Source of the DNA: a virus
Length of the DNA: 64,000 nt
IMG/VR virus record: IMGVR_UViG_3300030329_003201
Location: 1 to 64,000 of that record
Direction: 5' to 3' (one strand)
Numbering within the stretch: position 1 is the stretch's first letter; each line of letters starts with the position of its first letter. Shown in pieces: positions 7,802 to 16,620 of this stretch. The notes below the pieces were generated by a model, which was not told the DNA's origin, ran no database searches, and was given only the letters and a program-made list of their open reading frames with translations. Made by a program: the position numbers and the translations under genes.

Positions 7802-8338
7802 ATGGAAAGAGAAATTCAAAACGGTCTTGAGGGACTGTCACACGAAACCTTGGTCGCGATCTCAAAGCTTGTGGATAAGGCCAAGCTTACCGCAGCACGG
7901 GAGTCGATTGATCCTGGCATTCACATCATTGACTTGCTCCTGGTGGGGCAGCTTGAGTTGGAGGTCAAGAAGGACTACATCCGCAAGGGTACGAGTCGCA
8001 TTCCTTACACTCGTGTCATTGCCATGCTTCTTCAGCGTGCGGGAGTGACGGGTGAGGCTTCCCTCAAGGTTCTTGAGGAGGTCTTGAAGGAAGCCCACGA
8101 GATGGGCAAGGACTCCGCCACCGAGCTTGAGAAGGCCGTTCCTGTAGCGAAGGGGCTCAAGGCGTTCTCCGAACTCGTCAACAAGAGTCTCCCACCAATC
8201 GACTGCAAAGGCGCAACTAAAGTGTCGAGCGTTGGGTTGGTTGCTCAAGAGCGCAGGCTTACACGCTCTGAGGCAGAGCTACTGTTCCCCGGCAACGGCC
8301 CACAAGAAGGGCAAGACGAGGTGGCAGATGAAGCTTGA
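7802..8338 (+). CDS. hypothetical protein
   Basis: 178-aa ORF with GAGGCAAC leader. Confidence 0.8.
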   Translation: MEREIQNGLEGLSHETLVAISKLVDKAKLTAARESIDPGIHIIDLLLVGQLELEVKKDYIRKGTSRIPYTRVIAMLLQRAGVTGEASLKVLEEVLKEAHEMGKDSATELEKAVPVAKGLKAFSELVNKSLPPIDCKGATKVSSVGLVAQERRLTRSEAELLFPGNGPQEGQDEVADEA

Positions 8339-8561
8339 GGATCAAATCCACATGGACCTAAGCGTTCAAGAAGCCCTGATGATTCTTTCAGGGCTTCAAC
8401 GCGAGGTTCTTTTCTATAAACACAAGAGCGATCTTCCATATTCGGAAGAGAGAATTGAGGAAATCAAAGTCCTCAACAGAAAGGTCAAGGTCTTCCTCTT
8501 TGGAGAGGAGGCTGTGGCTCACGCGGAAGAACAACTAGGAGGTAGTAATGACGGTCAATAA
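8328..8561 (+). CDS. hypothetical protein
   Basis: ATG at 8328 after GAGGTGG. Confidence 0.65.
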   Translation: MKLEDQIHMDLSVQEALMILSGLQREVLFYKHKSDLPYSEERIEEIKVLNRKVKVFLFGEEAVAHAEEQLGGSNDGQ

Positions 8562-8796
8562 GATTGAGCCACGGAAGTTTATCGAGGCGTGGCAGACATC
8601 CGACAACACAAAGCAGGTAGCTGACAAGCTTGGGATTGAGTGGTGCCAGAATGCCGCGTCCAAACTTGGCTCGCGAGCTTGCTTCTATCGATCTAAGGGA
8701 GTAGCCCTCAAGAGCTTTGGAAAGGGCCGGAGGCCAAGCATCAAACTGGATTGGGATGACCTATCAGAAGTAGCGGAGATGTACAATGAGCAATGA
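8548..8796 (+). CDS. small HTH-like DNA-binding protein (paralog 1)
   Basis: FIEAWQTSDN..QVA.KLG...R.KGV.LK.F...LDW; aligns with the next ORF. Confidence 0.65.
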   Translation: MTVNKIEPRKFIEAWQTSDNTKQVADKLGIEWCQNAASKLGSRACFYRSKGVALKSFGKGRRPSIKLDWDDLSEVAEMYNEQ

Positions 8797-9067
8797 TCTA
8801 AGAGAGTGGCTTCAAAAAAAGCCTGGTGCAGCCAGCCGGTTCGTTCATATCTGGCAAGGCTCAGACAACGTTAGGCAAGTAATCAACGCGCTTGGGTTTA
8901 CTGACACCAAAGCAGTGCGCCAAGACATGTACCATGTTGCACGACGCATGCGGTCCAAGGGAGTAGACCTCAAGAAGTTTCCTGCGTTTGCAAGCGGGAG
9001 AAAGAAAGCGTTAGATTGGGAGTCACTTGCAAAATACGCAGAGTCTTTCAATGACAACTCCAAATAG
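8786..9067 (+). CDS. small HTH-like DNA-binding protein (paralog 2)
   Basis: FVHIWQGSDN..QV...LG...RSKGVDLKKF...LDW. Confidence 0.65.
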   Translation: MSNDLREWLQKKPGAASRFVHIWQGSDNVRQVINALGFTDTKAVRQDMYHVARRMRSKGVDLKKFPAFASGRKKALDWESLAKYAESFNDNSK

Positions 9068-9293
9068 AAAGTTTCCAAAGCGCACAGAGTTTGATGAGTA
9101 TGCTTTAGAGAAGAGCAATGTTGCTTCACGCCATGCGTTCTACCGTGCTTTCGGTGAAGGCAAATCGGTGAAAGAAAGCTGGGACATTGCTGAGAAAGAG
9201 AGAAACAAAGTCTACGAGGCGACAACCGGGGAGCCACTTCCTGGTGGTATCAGGTCATACGGAGACGTGAGTAGTCTCGAAGACGAGCCATGA
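9051..9293 (+). CDS. hypothetical protein
   Basis: ATG at 9051; converges on the next gene. Confidence 0.5.
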   Translation: MTTPNRKFPKRTEFDEYALEKSNVASRHAFYRAFGEGKSVKESWDIAEKERNKVYEATTGEPLPGGIRSYGDVSSLEDEP

Positions 9294-9774
9294 CTTCTTT
9301 CTTATCCGACTCTGTCTTTGGAACTCCTATCTCTACAGCGCGTGCAAGCCTGCGATGATCTTTCTTCTTGTGCTCCAAGTAGACCCTGATCGCAGTCCTT
9401 GCCTCGTTGTCAGAGAGCAGAATGCGGAAGGCCGTTCCGGCTCGTTGCTTTAGTTGTGATGCAACTAGAACAACAGCCGGGTCGTTCTCCTGCATTGCCT
9501 GCTTACACATTTCAATATCAAGCAAGTCCACGTCGAGAGCGGCATCAAAGTCAGCCTGTTTAGGCTCAGGAAAGAACTCAGTTCTTATTGTGTTCTGCTT
9601 CCTGTCAGTTCTTCTGCCGCCATACACGACGCGGACATCACGCCAAGCTGTTGTCCTGGTCACACCGAACCGATCTTGCAACGCACGACGAACCTCTTTG
9701 TCGGTGAATCCTGAATTGATCATTCGGCTCGCAACGTCCACGCGCTCTTCAGCATCACGGCAAACCTTAGCCAT
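9250..9774 (-). CDS. HTH-containing protein
   Basis: EVRRALQDRFGVTRTTAWRDVR HTH-like segment; likely start 9774. Confidence 0.65.
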   Translation of the reverse strand: MAKVCRDAEERVDVASRMINSGFTDKEVRRALQDRFGVTRTTAWRDVRVVYGGRRTDRKQNTIRTEFFPEPKQADFDAALDVDLLDIEMCKQAMQENDPAVVLVASQLKQRAGTAFRILLSDNEARTAIRVYLEHKKKDHRRLARAVEIGVPKTESDKKEVMARLRDYSRLRMT

Positions 9775-9785
9775 AGGACCTTCAC

Positions 9786-10190
9786 ATGTCTGATTATCCT
9801 TCGATGCCATTTGGAAACCCATCCGCGCCAACCTGGCGCAAAGCATTAGATGTTGCGGAAGGCAAAGCCGTTCCGATAACACCCACTCACTATATCGTTG
9901 TTCAGCTTTGGTTAGCTTGGAGAATGGTTCAGTACGAAACCGGAGACGACACCGACATCGTTACGTTTGCTGCTGACTGTAATGCAACAGCGCGTGAAGC
10001 GACATCAGCCCTGGCAGGAACAATCAACAGCCAAAAGTTCACGATGAACGGTGTGATCCGCTGGGCAAGCGCAATCTCAAATGCGTGGAAAGATCGTGGC
10101 GTAAGTTACGAACTCTGGATTGTTGTTCGGCCAGATGGAACCGGCACTGTAATCCCAAGACAACTGAACCAGGAGAACGAAAATGCATGA
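9786..10190 (+). CDS. hypothetical protein, possibly HTH/XRE-like
   Basis: 134-aa ORF divergent from 9774. Confidence 0.55.
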   Translation: MSDYPSMPFGNPSAPTWRKALDVAEGKAVPITPTHYIVVQLWLAWRMVQYETGDDTDIVTFAADCNATAREATSALAGTINSQKFTMNGVIRWASAISNAWKDRGVSYELWIVVRPDGTGTVIPRQLNQENENA

Positions 10191-10401
10191 GCAAATGATC
10201 GGTGTTCCACAGAGCGCCTTGTACTTTCCCTTATCGGTACTCGTCTTTATACTGATCTCTCGAATCGTAGGACACATACTTCTGTGGAAGTGCCCAAAAG
10301 CTTTTGAGCATCGTCAGGCAATGGGGGTTGGCTTTGGGATAACGTTCCACACAGCCTTCTTTTCCACCATGATTGTCTTGTATTGTATGAACTTAGATTA
10401 G
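10183..10401 (+). CDS. two-TM membrane protein
   Basis: Two hydrophobic stretches; AGGAG RBS. Confidence 0.6.
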   Translation: MHEQMIGVPQSALYFPLSVLVFILISRIVGHILLWKCPKAFEHRQAMGVGFGITFHTAFFSTMIVLYCMNLD

Positions 10402-10571
10402 TTTGCAGTTCTGCTTTCTCTTGAAATGTTCACCCATTGGCATCGACTGCACCACGTTGCGCCTTTGAACGTTCCAGCAATCACCCGGATGTACGGAGGA
10501 AACGGCGCTCCCCTACTCATACATACAGGGCACACAGCGTCCAACACTTCCCCAAGCCTGCCGTCAAGCAT
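10398..10571 (-). CDS. small zinc-ribbon protein
   Basis: CPVC...CSRC in a 57-aa ORF. Confidence 0.45.
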   Translation of the reverse strand: MLDGRLGEVLDAVCPVCMSRGAPFPPYIRVIAGTFKGATWCSRCQWVNISRESRTAN

Positions 10572-10638
10572 CACCCGTGTTCCCGCGCTAAAGCATTGTC
10601 TAAGCGGTTCAGTTGTGTTTATCTCTGGAAAGAGTGAG

Positions 10639-11031
10639 ATGACCATGGGTAATGAGAACAACAAGCAGAATGGAACGGGTAAGTATGATTTCTTTATATC
10701 AGACCGGCTCGTTGAGAGGGGTATAGAAAATCGTAAAACACGACCAAAGTATTGGTCGGCATGGCAGGAAGATCCTAAGCTGGCCGGGATCGTTGCTTCT
10801 TTTGAAAGCGCATTGGGCGAGCGCCTATCTGTCATTGGCGTCTCAGACACAGGCGTACCGCTACTAAACATTACCTCATCAAGGAAATCCATTCGCGCGA
10901 AAGCAAAGAAAGTAGGCCTTGTTTGGGGCAGGTGGCCTCGTGAATGCGGTTCATTTGTGACGTGCTGGCTTCCAGGTAGGCCCACCGAACCGTTACCGTC
11001 AAACCCATACCTTGCTTCTCAAATGGATTGA
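10639..11031 (+). CDS. hypothetical protein
   Basis: Likely start at 10639 or 10645. Confidence 0.5.
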   Translation: MTMGNENNKQNGTGKYDFFISDRLVERGIENRKTRPKYWSAWQEDPKLAGIVASFESALGERLSVIGVSDTGVPLLNITSSRKSIRAKAKKVGLVWGRWPRECGSFVTCWLPGRPTEPLPSNPYLASQMD

Positions 11032-11055
11032 CAGCAGCAGGATTTAGATTACACT
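11028..11055 (+). promoter_or_regulatory. putative sigma70 promoter for the tRNA
   Basis: TTGACA-16 bp-TACACT. Confidence 0.5.
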
Positions 11056-11101
11056 TAAGGTGTCGATAATTTGGTTGCCTCTAGATTACCGACTTTGTGT
11101 A

Positions 11102-11143
11102 CATGCACCCAGAGAGGACCCACCTCTCTGGGTGTCATGCTTT
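11102..11143. terminator. strong hairpin directly 5' of the tRNA
   Basis: Perfect 12-bp stem CACCCAGAGAGG/CCTCTCTGGGTG with a 5-nt loop, extendable by CATG/CATG. Confidence 0.55.
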
Positions 11144-11216
11144 TGGGGTGTAGTTCAATTGGCAGAACGCCTGACTGTTAATCAGGAAGTTGCAGGTTCG
11201 AGTCCTGCTGCCCCAG
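11144..11216 (+). tRNA. tRNA-Asn (anticodon GTT)
   Basis: Cloverleaf: acceptor TGGGGTG/TGCCCCA, D-arm GTTC/GAAC, anticodon arm CCTGA-CTGTTAA-TCAGG, T-arm GCAGG-TTCGAGT-CCTGC. CCA is not encoded. Confidence 0.95.
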
Positions 11217-11221
11217 CCTTA

Positions 11222-11605
11222 TCAAGCCTTCTTCTTGGCAGGAGCTTTCTTCTTAGGCGCTGCCTTCTTCTTGGCAGGAGCCTTCTTCTTAGGCGCTGCC
11301 TTCTTCTTAGGCGCTGCCTTCTTCACGACAACATCATCTGGTGTGCCAAGCTTTCCATCATCACCAGGCATAATCTCTACATCGATAAAACCAACAGATG
11401 CCTTTGCGCTGCCCGATGTTCCGCTAAGTTCCAGTGCATAGATATGCGCCAGCAAATCACGAATAGGTTTGCAATGGCGACACGCGCCACGGTTGTTGTG
11501 TAGACATCGAGATCCAGGGTAATACTCACCGGACTCAGGACAGGCAGTCTGCTTTTCGTATTGTGCAAGCTGCGATTTAGAAAGAAGAGACGGTTGTAGT
11601 GCCAT
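11222..11605 (-). CDS. Cys-containing protein with histone-H1-like Lys/Ala/Pro tail
   Basis: C-terminal repeats of KKAAPK/KKAPAK; N-terminal C..C..CxxC; AGGAG RBS. Confidence 0.8.
   Translation of the reverse strand: MALQPSLLSKSQLAQYEKQTACPESGEYYPGSRCLHNNRGACRHCKPIRDLLAHIYALELSGTSGSAKASVGFIDVEIMPGDDGKLGTPDDVVVKKAAPKKKAAPKKKAPAKKKAAPKKKAPAKKKA
11227..11324. repeat. 18-bp coding tandem repeat (about 5 units)
   Basis: Units CTTCTTCTTGGCAGGAGC and CTTCTTCTTAGGCGCTGC. Confidence 0.9.
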
Positions 11606-11634
11606 TGTTTACTCCTAAATGGGAGTAAAGTCTA

Positions 11635-13029
11635 TCACCAATCTTGTCCACTTTCGTATATATCATCAATGTCTGCACGCTTTCTCATGGCTGATTGCTT
11701 TATGTATGAGTCAACCATATCAAGACGATCAGAAAACTTCTGGTGGTTGGCGTTCCAGTCGAGAAGAACCGTGCCGGTTGGACCATTCCGTTGCTTTGCA
11801 ATGATGGCCTCGGCATGATTTGGGTTTGCCTTTGGGTCATAGTAATGGTGCCGGTACAAAAAGATAGCCACATCAGCGTCTTGTTCCAACGACCCCGAGC
11901 CTCTAAGGTCGGAAAGCTTAGGCCGCTTGTTGGTCCTTGCTTCACAACCTCGATTCAACTGAGCCAAACACAGGACAGGAATAGAAAGGTTCCGCGATAA
12001 GATCTTCATCGAAGTGGAGATCTGTGCAACCGACTGCTCAACGCTCTCTGCATTTGGTTGCTTGATTAGCTGAAGGTAATCCACGATGATCAGGCCCAGG
12101 TCTGGCCGCATTGCCTTTAGCCGTCTCGCTTTCGCAGAGATCTTGGCTACGCTAATGCCGGACTCATCATGAACAAAAAATGGTGCGTTGTGTATAAACT
12201 CAAGCGCATCGCTATCCAAACGATCCCAATCCTTCAAGTTCAGCGAACCGCTTCGGATCTTACTTGAATCAACACCGGACAATGACGACGCTACACGATC
12301 AATCAAGGCCCCCCTGTCCATTTCAAGAGAGAAGAAACCAACAGGAATGTTGGAGCGCAATGCTTCTACAGCAATGTTCAGCGCCATTGCCGTCTTTCCC
12401 ATTGAAGGGCGGGCCGCCAGAAGAATCAGTCCCGGCTCAATACTGCAAAGCTTTCTGTCGAGATCAGGTATGCCGGTCTTAAGTTTTACAGTAGTGGGAT
12501 TCTTGTGCTGTTCAACACGGGACTCCCATCTGTTCTGCGCGTCAAGAGCCATGCTCGACCCATTGTGCCAGTCAGTCTGAGACTGATCGCCTGCAATATT
12601 CAACAGGTTCTTTTGGGCTGACTCGATAAGCTCATCAAGCTCAAGAGATGGATCAGATGAGTTGCTGATTAGCTTTTGAGAAGCCAGCACCATTTTGCGA
12701 CGAATAGATGTTTCCTTTATTCTTTCCGCGTACTCGGGAACAATCATTGGAATGCAAGCGTAATCACCCATTTCCGAAATATTGGTTAAGCTTCCGTACT
12801 TTGCTGAGTCCAAATCAATGATGTGCTGAGACACCACTAAACTATCAAAATACTTAGACTGTCTTCGAAAGGTTTTTAGTAGATCAAACAATCTGCCATT
12901 GGCCGTGACAGAGAAATCATGCTTCGATAAAATCCCATCAACCTCATCAATCAACTCATGGTTCATGAGTATTGCGCCTAAGAGCGCTTTTTCTATCTGG
13001 ACTGTTGCGGGAAGTTTTTTAATTTCCAA
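11635..13029 (-). CDS. dnaB: replicative DNA helicase DnaB
   Basis: EKALLGAIL, AARPSMGKTA (Walker A), FFSLEM, IIVDYLQL, LAQLNR, SDLRGSGSLEQDAD, KQRNGPTG. Confidence 0.97.
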   Translation of the reverse strand: MEIKKLPATVQIEKALLGAILMNHELIDEVDGILSKHDFSVTANGRLFDLLKTFRRQSKYFDSLVVSQHIIDLDSAKYGSLTNISEMGDYACIPMIVPEYAERIKETSIRRKMVLASQKLISNSSDPSLELDELIESAQKNLLNIAGDQSQTDWHNGSSMALDAQNRWESRVEQHKNPTTVKLKTGIPDLDRKLCSIEPGLILLAARPSMGKTAMALNIAVEALRSNIPVGFFSLEMDRGALIDRVASSLSGVDSSKIRSGSLNLKDWDRLDSDALEFIHNAPFFVHDESGISVAKISAKARRLKAMRPDLGLIIVDYLQLIKQPNAESVEQSVAQISTSMKILSRNLSIPVLCLAQLNRGCEARTNKRPKLSDLRGSGSLEQDADVAIFLYRHHYYDPKANPNHAEAIIAKQRNGPTGTVLLDWNANHQKFSDRLDMVDSYIKQSAMRKRADIDDIYESGQDW

Positions 13030-13948
13030 TGGTTGCCTCGTTTATCAATTGAATTGGTTGCCTAAAGTTCTTGTGTTCTTTTCGAAATGCGGCGCAAAAC
13101 GCCGCCTTCATCTTTGAAAGAATGTACTCCCCGGTCGCGTCACCGAGAGCGCACCACCCACCAATCGCATCCAGCCCGGCAAGCATCGCCTCGTTGGTGC
13201 GATCATCACGACTGAACCTTGGTGGTTCTGCGCCAAGCTCTCCGACCGCCTGGAGCAATGAAGCCCACCCGCGCTCACTCATCTGGTCACGCTCGTTCTC
13301 ATTTTGAGTCTCTGAAATCCACGCCGACCCATCCCACCTTTCGTTGGCGATAGTGACGTTTCGGTCCACCTTCTCGCGATTGAGAAGATTGGAGACATCC
13401 ATGTACCCACCCTTTCTCCAGCCATCGACCAGGAAGTCCCCGTCCGGGTACTCGAATGCCATTCGAATGACAAGCATTAGATCCTGTGGAGTGTGCCCAC
13501 CTTTTAGGGCCGCACTCAATACGCGCTTACGCCCAGCAGTCATCTTGTTGGTGCGACCGGATCGCTTTCGTTGAAGCGTGTGCCACAGGTCAAACACTGC
13601 CTTAATGTTCATTTCGTGGGACGAAACCGGGACAGAACTGGGACGCTCAGTCTTAGTGATTTCAACTACTTGTGCGTCACGAGTCTCGCTTTTCTGGGAC
13701 AAAACTGGGACGGAAGTGGGACGCGACTTGTCGTGCTGTTCGATAAACTGACGAGTCTTCCGTTCTGCCCAGCCCCAACGATTAGCTAAGCGGCGACGGC
13801 CAGGACGAGTCTTTTGGGAATCCCAACAGGAAAGATCAATTGATACGGCTTCTTCAACCCACGGCTTTGAAAGAGTCTTGGCAAGCACCTGCCATGCACC
13901 AAACTCACAAACAAACCCTGACTTTTCAACTGCCGATTCGCCCACCAT
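13019..13948 (-). CDS. phage replication initiator (lambda O/replisome-organizer-like)
   Basis: Lies upstream of dnaB; N-terminal wHTH-like RRLANRWGW; internal iteron-like repeats. Confidence 0.7.
   Translation of the reverse strand: MVGESAVEKSGFVCEFGAWQVLAKTLSKPWVEEAVSIDLSCWDSQKTRPGRRRLANRWGWAERKTRQFIEQHDKSRPTSVPVLSQKSETRDAQVVEITKTERPSSVPVSSHEMNIKAVFDLWHTLQRKRSGRTNKMTAGRKRVLSAALKGGHTPQDLMLVIRMAFEYPDGDFLVDGWRKGGYMDVSNLLNREKVDRNVTIANERWDGSAWISETQNENERDQMSERGWASLLQAVGELGAEPPRFSRDDRTNEAMLAGLDAIGGWCALGDATGEYILSKMKAAFCAAFRKEHKNFRQPIQLINEATIGN
13616..13724. repeat. iteron array, probable replication origin
   Basis: GGGAC cores at 13618, 13629, 13640 and 13696, 13707, 13718 (11-bp period) flanking an AT-richer spacer. 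Confidence 0.7.
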
Positions 13949-13978
13949 TTCTGCCTGATCCCAAAGTGAAGTCCCTTC

Positions 13979-14006
13979 AGAATAGCGGAGCGTGAAGACC
14001 TGTCAA
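13979..14006 (-). promoter_or_regulatory. putative sigma70 promoter of the replication genes
   Basis: On the - strand, TTGACA-16 bp-TATTCT. Confidence 0.55.
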
Positions 14007-14036
14007 GGGAGATGACAAACGGTGACAATCCGATCT

Positions 14037-14537
14037 TTATCGCATTTCAATCAATGCATATAATGCCAGGCATGCGGCATCTGCTAAACCATCATGTGCC
14101 TTTCTTCTTCGCCCAGGCCGTAGGTCTAAACCCGGAACACGCTGCTCACAAACAAGAATAGAGCGGCCCTTTCCTTGGCCTGGCGCATCACGAAGTACGC
14201 GACTCATCCATGTCTTTGGGTGGACGCTAATCACAGGCACTTCGTAGCTGGCTAAAATGCCACGCCATAAACCCCAGCCAAGACCGATGGACAACATGCT
14301 GGTTCCACCTTGCCCAGGGCGAGCGCCTTGTTTTTCCACCGCTGCATACACGCGATCCTTATCAACCAGGCTTTGAATCGCCTCGGCCATTCGGTATTCG
14401 GCGTACTCACGCTTGCTTCCTTTACCGATGGGAACCGTAAACTCGGGTTTAGTCATCCAAGAACCAACTACTTTGCCCGCATCATCGATGGCCACAATAG
14501 CTCCATCCTTGCCAGGGTCCACTCCAAGAAAAATCAT
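14037..14537 (-). CDS. RuvC-like Holliday junction resolvase
   Basis: FLGVDPGKDGA, AAVEKQ, V.PKTW, HDGLADAACLA. Confidence 0.85.
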   Translation of the reverse strand: MIFLGVDPGKDGAIVAIDDAGKVVGSWMTKPEFTVPIGKGSKREYAEYRMAEAIQSLVDKDRVYAAVEKQGARPGQGGTSMLSIGLGWGLWRGILASYEVPVISVHPKTWMSRVLRDAPGQGKGRSILVCEQRVPGLDLRPGRRRKAHDGLADAACLALYALIEMR

Positions 14538-14773
14538 TCAACCTCCTCAATGTCTGGAACAAGATCATCAAACAGAAGAGAACCAGGAGAAACGCCAAGG
14601 ACATCGGATAGATACACAATCCGGTTGTGTCTCGGAAGTACCGAGCCGGAAGTGTACTTCTTGAGTAACGAATAGCTGATCCCGTGCTCACGAGAGAACT
14701 CTCTCATCCCCTTGCCGGACACAGCTATGAGCCAGTGTAGGTTCTGCCCGAAAATCTTTGACCTGTCTTGCAT
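14534..14773 (-). CDS. XRE-family HTH transcriptional regulator
   Basis: FGQNL...MREFSREHGISYSLLKKYTSG...P....LSDVLGVSPGSLL. Confidence 0.85.
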   Translation of the reverse strand: MQDRSKIFGQNLHWLIAVSGKGMREFSREHGISYSLLKKYTSGSVLPRHNRIVYLSDVLGVSPGSLLFDDLVPDIEEVE

Positions 14774-14895
14774 GCGTGTTACTTACCATATGGTGGGCGC
14801 AAAAGCTAATCCCACCATTGACAGGGCTCATAAAATGAACCATGTTTGTGGTGCGGACAATTTTAGCCCCTTCAATCTAATACAATGGTGACATC

Positions 14896-15471
14896 ATGAA
14901 TATCATTCCAGAAGAACAACAGAGCCTCAGAACCAAAGACAAGGCGAATACAAAGAAGATTATCGACGTGTCTTTGCTCGAATCTATCGGCAGCAGAATG
15001 GTCACCAAGACTCTTCTAGAGGTTGACCCGAGTTTTCGAACGAAGGACATGATCTCAAGCTGGCGTATTCCAAACATTCTGAACGCAGTAGATGAATCGA
15101 CTTGGTTCAACATGGTGTCTGCATGCCTTGACGGTCAGAAGAAAACTCTTGTGAATCAACAACCAAACGGTGATTGGCAGCCATGCGGATTTGAGTTCGA
15201 CAAACGGGAAGACAGCGGCGTCCCCACGCTTGTCCTTGGTGTTCGATGGGCGGACCAGAATGGAGCCGAAGATCTTGCTTACCAGAACGGTGCTCCGGTT
15301 GTGAACGTCAGCGTAAAGACCGAGGCACCTCAAGAGAGCGCACAGCTTGCAGAACTACTTACGCTTCTCGCGCAAGGACAGATGTCTGTAAACGAAACGC
15401 TTGCTAGCCTCAAGGCGCAAGAGGACACCACTGAAACAACTAAGGGCCGTAAGCCAAAGGCTAAGTCGTAA
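14896..15471 (+). CDS. hypothetical protein
   Basis: 191-aa ORF divergent from the XRE gene. Confidence 0.75.
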   Translation: MNIIPEEQQSLRTKDKANTKKIIDVSLLESIGSRMVTKTLLEVDPSFRTKDMISSWRIPNILNAVDESTWFNMVSACLDGQKKTLVNQQPNGDWQPCGFEFDKREDSGVPTLVLGVRWADQNGAEDLAYQNGAPVVNVSVKTEAPQESAQLAELLTLLAQGQMSVNETLASLKAQEDTTETTKGRKPKAKS

Positions 15472-15646
15472 TATGTTCGTCGTCGGGATGAGCAGGGATG
15501 ATAGTGCCAGCCTTCGAGAGACGGCCCGCCTCAGCAAGCTTTCGCCCTCTGTCGAGGGCTTGCCTGCGGTCTTCCCCGTTATCAATCTGGCGCTTCACAT
15601 ATTTTGCCGCACGGGCGATACCAGTATTTCCAAGTTTCTTTGTCAT
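15461..15646 (-). CDS. small basic hypothetical protein
   Basis: 61 aa starting MTKKLGN; fills the intergenic gap. Confidence 0.4.
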   Translation of the reverse strand: MTKKLGNTGIARAAKYVKRQIDNGEDRRQALDRGRKLAEAGRLSKAGTIIPAHPDDEHITT

Positions 15647-15684
15647 GAAAACATCATAGCCCATTAGCAGATTCGGAGGCAACC

Positions 15685-16620
15685 TTGTCGCACAGCATAG
15701 ACTGGCATGAAGCCAGACGTAAAGGTCTTGGAGGGTCGGACATTGCGGCCATCCTTGGCCTATCCAAATGGCGAACACCCATGGATGTATGGGTAGAAAA
15801 GATGGGACTGGTAGAACCGAGCGAAGAGAACTACGCAATGATGCGTGGAAGGATTCTCGAAGACGCCATCGCACAGTGGTACGGCGAGTTTACTGGGTAC
15901 GATCTTCATCCTGGTGAAGAGATGCCCATAGAAGGAAAACACCCTTGGATGTTGGCATCACCTGATCGATACGTCGATGACGACGTATCCCGTTTTATTT
16001 TGGAAGTCAAGAGCGCTCGTTCCGCAGATGACTGGGGCGCAATGGGAACTGCCAAAGTTCCGGTATACTACGCCACCCAGGGCGCTTGGTACATGGCATG
16101 TAAGAACATGGATCGTTGTGATTATGCTGCCCTGTTTATGATCAACGATGAGTTCAGGATGTACACAGTCCATAGGGATAAAGCTGTGGAGAACCGACTT
16201 GTTGAGGTTGCTGGTGACTGGTGGCAGAAGCACATAGTTAAAGGCGAGCAGCCTGATATGGATGGCTCGAATGCTGCATCTCAGTATCTACAGGACAAGT
16301 TTCCTGAAAACGCAATTGAGATGAGAAGCGCGACCATCGACGAGGAAGACCTGATGCTTGAGTTGGACAGTGTCCAAAACAAAATCAAGGAACTGGAGTC
16401 AACCAAGTCGAGGCTCCAAAACGAAATCAAAGCTTGTATTGGAGAGTCTTCAGGACTCTATACAGGTAGTGGTAAAGCCACCTGGAAGCTCCAAAAAGGA
16501 CGAGCATCTATCGATACCAAGAGACTAAAAGAAGAGTTCCCAGACATTGCAAAGGAACTAACCAAACACTCCAAGCCTAAGCGTATGTTTCGCTTAGATA
16601 TTAAACACAGAAAGAGGTAA
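15685..16620 (+). CDS. YqaJ/lambda-exonuclease-family recombination nuclease
   Basis: WHEARRKGLGGSDIAAILG.SKW.TP, G..LE, ASPDR, LEVKS, YY.TQ..WYM. Confidence 0.93.
   Translation: MSHSIDWHEARRKGLGGSDIAAILGLSKWRTPMDVWVEKMGLVEPSEENYAMMRGRILEDAIAQWYGEFTGYDLHPGEEMPIEGKHPWMLASPDRYVDDDVSRFILEVKSARSADDWGAMGTAKVPVYYATQGAWYMACKNMDRCDYAALFMINDEFRMYTVHRDKAVENRLVEVAGDWWQKHIVKGEQPDMDGSNAASQYLQDKFPENAIEMRSATIDEEDLMLELDSVQNKIKELESTKSRLQNEIKACIGESSGLYTGSGKATWKLQKGRASIDTKRLKEEFPDIAKELTKHSKPKRMFRLDIKHRKR

Noticed and set aside
11144-11216. tRNA as an attP site or prophage boundary
   Set aside because: No integrase and no duplicated tRNA 3' end were seen; phage genes lie on both sides.
11060-11503. + strand ORFs with FFLAGA or RRCLLL repeats
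   Set aside because: Antisense readings of the Lys-rich repeat; they also overlap the tRNA.
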